DNA from: Candidatus Spyradenecus sp.
Lineage (GTDB): Bacteria > Verrucomicrobiota > Kiritimatiellia > RFP12 > DVOR01
Reading direction: 5' to 3'
DNA: 38,899 nucleotides
Assembly (NCBI GenBank): GCA_051891975.1
Contig: JBJFFT010000047.1
Span: 1-38,899 of the forward strand
Part shown: positions 37,543 to 38,899 of the stretch, piece by piece
How the letters are laid out: every line of letters starts with the position of its first letter
How positions within the stretch are numbered: position 1 is the first letter of the stretch
The notes under the pieces: model-generated
Seen by the model: the letters and a program-made list of their open reading frames with translations, nothing else
What the model was told of the DNA's origin: nothing
The model's database searches: none
Made by a program: the position numbers and the translations under genes

Positions 37543-38682
37543 ATGCCCTCCGAAGCCGATTGCCTCATTGCCGCCAACCGCGTCCCGCAAGTGGGCGCGG
37601 CGAAGGTGGCATCGCTTCGGCGGGCCTTTGGTTCGCTCCAAGCCGCCGCGCAGGCCGAGCCCGAGGAGGTGGCGCTGCGCTGCAAGGACCTGGGGCCGAA
37701 GTTGGCCCGGCAGGTGGTCGAGGCAATGCGCTCGGACTTCGCGGCCGAGGAACGCGAGCGGGCCGAAAGCTCGGGCATCGCCCTCCTCACCGATGAGGAC
37801 CCCGCCTGGCCGGCGGCCTTCCGCACCCTCGCTTCGCCCCCGCTCTGCCTCTACTGCGTGGGCAACCTCGCGCTCCTGGGGCAGACCCAGGTGGCGATGA
37901 TTGGCACGCGCCGCGCCTCCATCTATGGCACTGAGCAGGCCAAACGCTTCGCGCTGGGGCTGGCCGGGGCGGGAGTCGTCGTCACCAGCGGCCTGGCCGA
38001 GGGCATCGACAGCGCCTCGCACGAGGGCGCGCTGGAAGCTCGGGCCCTGGCCCCCGACCGCGCCGGGTGCACCATCGCCGTCATCGGCGCCGCGCTCGAT
38101 TGCCTCTACCCCGCTAGCCGCAAACCCCTCGCGCGGCAAATCGTCCGCGAAGGGGGCCTGGTCATCAGCGAATACGCCCTGGGGCGCAATGCCGACCGGC
38201 AGACCTTCCCCGCGCGCAACCGCCTGGTCGCCGCCCTCGCCCGCGCCGTCCTCGTGGTCGAGACCCCGCAGAAGGGCGGCACGATGATTACCGTCGAGAT
38301 GGCCGAGGCGCTGGGCCGGCCGCTCTTCGCCGTGCCCGGGCGGCTCGATTGGCCCTCCTTCATTGGCAACCACACCCTCATCCGCGACGGCCGCGCCCGC
38401 CTGGCCACCCATCCCGAGGAGCTCCTCGAGCGCCTCGGCGCCCTGCCCCTGGGCCCCGCCACCGCCCCCACCGCTCCCGCAACGCCCGACCCCTTTGCCG
38501 GGCTCGACCCCACCGAGCGCGCCATCCTCGCGGCCATCCCCCCCGAGGGCCTCTCGATGGACGAACTCTGCGCGCGCACCGGCCTCCCCATCGCCGAGGC
38601 CACCTGCGCCGTCATCGCCCTACAAATGCGCCGCAAGCTCCGCCCCCTCCCCGGCGGGCGCATTGCTCGCGCACGAGTCTAG
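37543..38682 (+). CDS. dprA: DNA-processing protein DprA
   Basis: IGTRRAS, TSGLAEGIDSASH, ISEY, FPARNRLVA, GGTMIT, AVPG, C-terminal winged helix; GAGGAG RBS. Confidence 0.95.
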   Translation: MPSEADCLIAANRVPQVGAAKVASLRRAFGSLQAAAQAEPEEVALRCKDLGPKLARQVVEAMRSDFAAEERERAESSGIALLTDEDPAWPAAFRTLASPPLCLYCVGNLALLGQTQVAMIGTRRASIYGTEQAKRFALGLAGAGVVVTSGLAEGIDSASHEGALEARALAPDRAGCTIAVIGAALDCLYPASRKPLARQIVREGGLVISEYALGRNADRQTFPARNRLVAALARAVLVVETPQKGGTMITVEMAEALGRPLFAVPGRLDWPSFIGNHTLIRDGRARLATHPEELLERLGALPLGPATAPTAPATPDPFAGLDPTERAILAAIPPEGLSMDELCARTGLPIAEATCAVIALQMRRKLRPLPGGRIARARV

Positions 38683-38700
38683 GGCTCGCCGCGCTCGCGG

Positions 38701-38842
38701 AGTCGGCAGTCGACAGTCGACAGTCGACAGTGCGCGTTCCGCGACGGATTCTCTTAGGGGCACTTGGCCTTCCCTTTTTCACTTCTACCATTGCGGGCCA
38801 CCAGGCCCGCTCCTGCCGACTGTCGACTGTTCTCTGTCGACT
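38701..38842. repeat. Inverted heptamer arrays with core, downstream of dprA
   Basis: AGTCGGC AGTCGAC x3, reverse core GCGCGTTCCGCGACGG (38732-38747), then CTGCCGA CTGTCGA CTGTTCT CTGTCGA. Confidence 0.9.
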
Positions 38843-38899
38843 TTTGTAAAATGTCAATAGATTTGCGCAGGGCGCTTGGGAAAACTTGGAAAATGCGCA

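Noticed and set aside
38852-38857. TTGACA -35 on the minus strand at the right edge
   Set aside because: No -10 at 16-18-bp spacing

Overview
High-GC bacterial chromosomal window, probably PVC superphylum (Kiritimatiellota/Verrucomicrobiota-like). The placement is inferred from the dnaK-groES-groEL order, the ~717-aa GreA fusion and the style of the surface proteins. About 26 CDS are present, mostly housekeeping: an ABC exporter with two CNNM/CorC paralogs, a short UDP-sugar dehydrogenase, tRNA-Leu(TAA), murG, dnaK-groES-groEL, an AlgI-type MBOAT with an SGNH partner, an RRM protein, nanA-AGE epimerase-GtrA, nrnA, greA, rlmD, an M20 peptidase, a VWA protein, secA, a BspA-like LRR surface-protein cassette, pta and dprA. 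No integrase, transposase, RT, Cas gene or CRISPR array was found. The unusual content is non-coding. (1) About 11 loci carry degenerate 7-bp tandem arrays (roughly CT-R-W-Y-S-N on one strand), most placed directly 3' of a conserved CCGTCGCGGnACGCGC core; some are translated in-frame as protein termini. (2) A composite element (alternating purine/pyrimidine head plus 22/11-bp array) occurs four times, and two copies bracket the LRR cassette. (3) A 275-bp lattice with 11-bp period contains four phased palindromes. (4) A sigma54 promoter for dnaK is preceded by phased -24-like boxes. (5) Local G/C skew appears to flip at the repeat loci. All calls are by eye; no searches were run.
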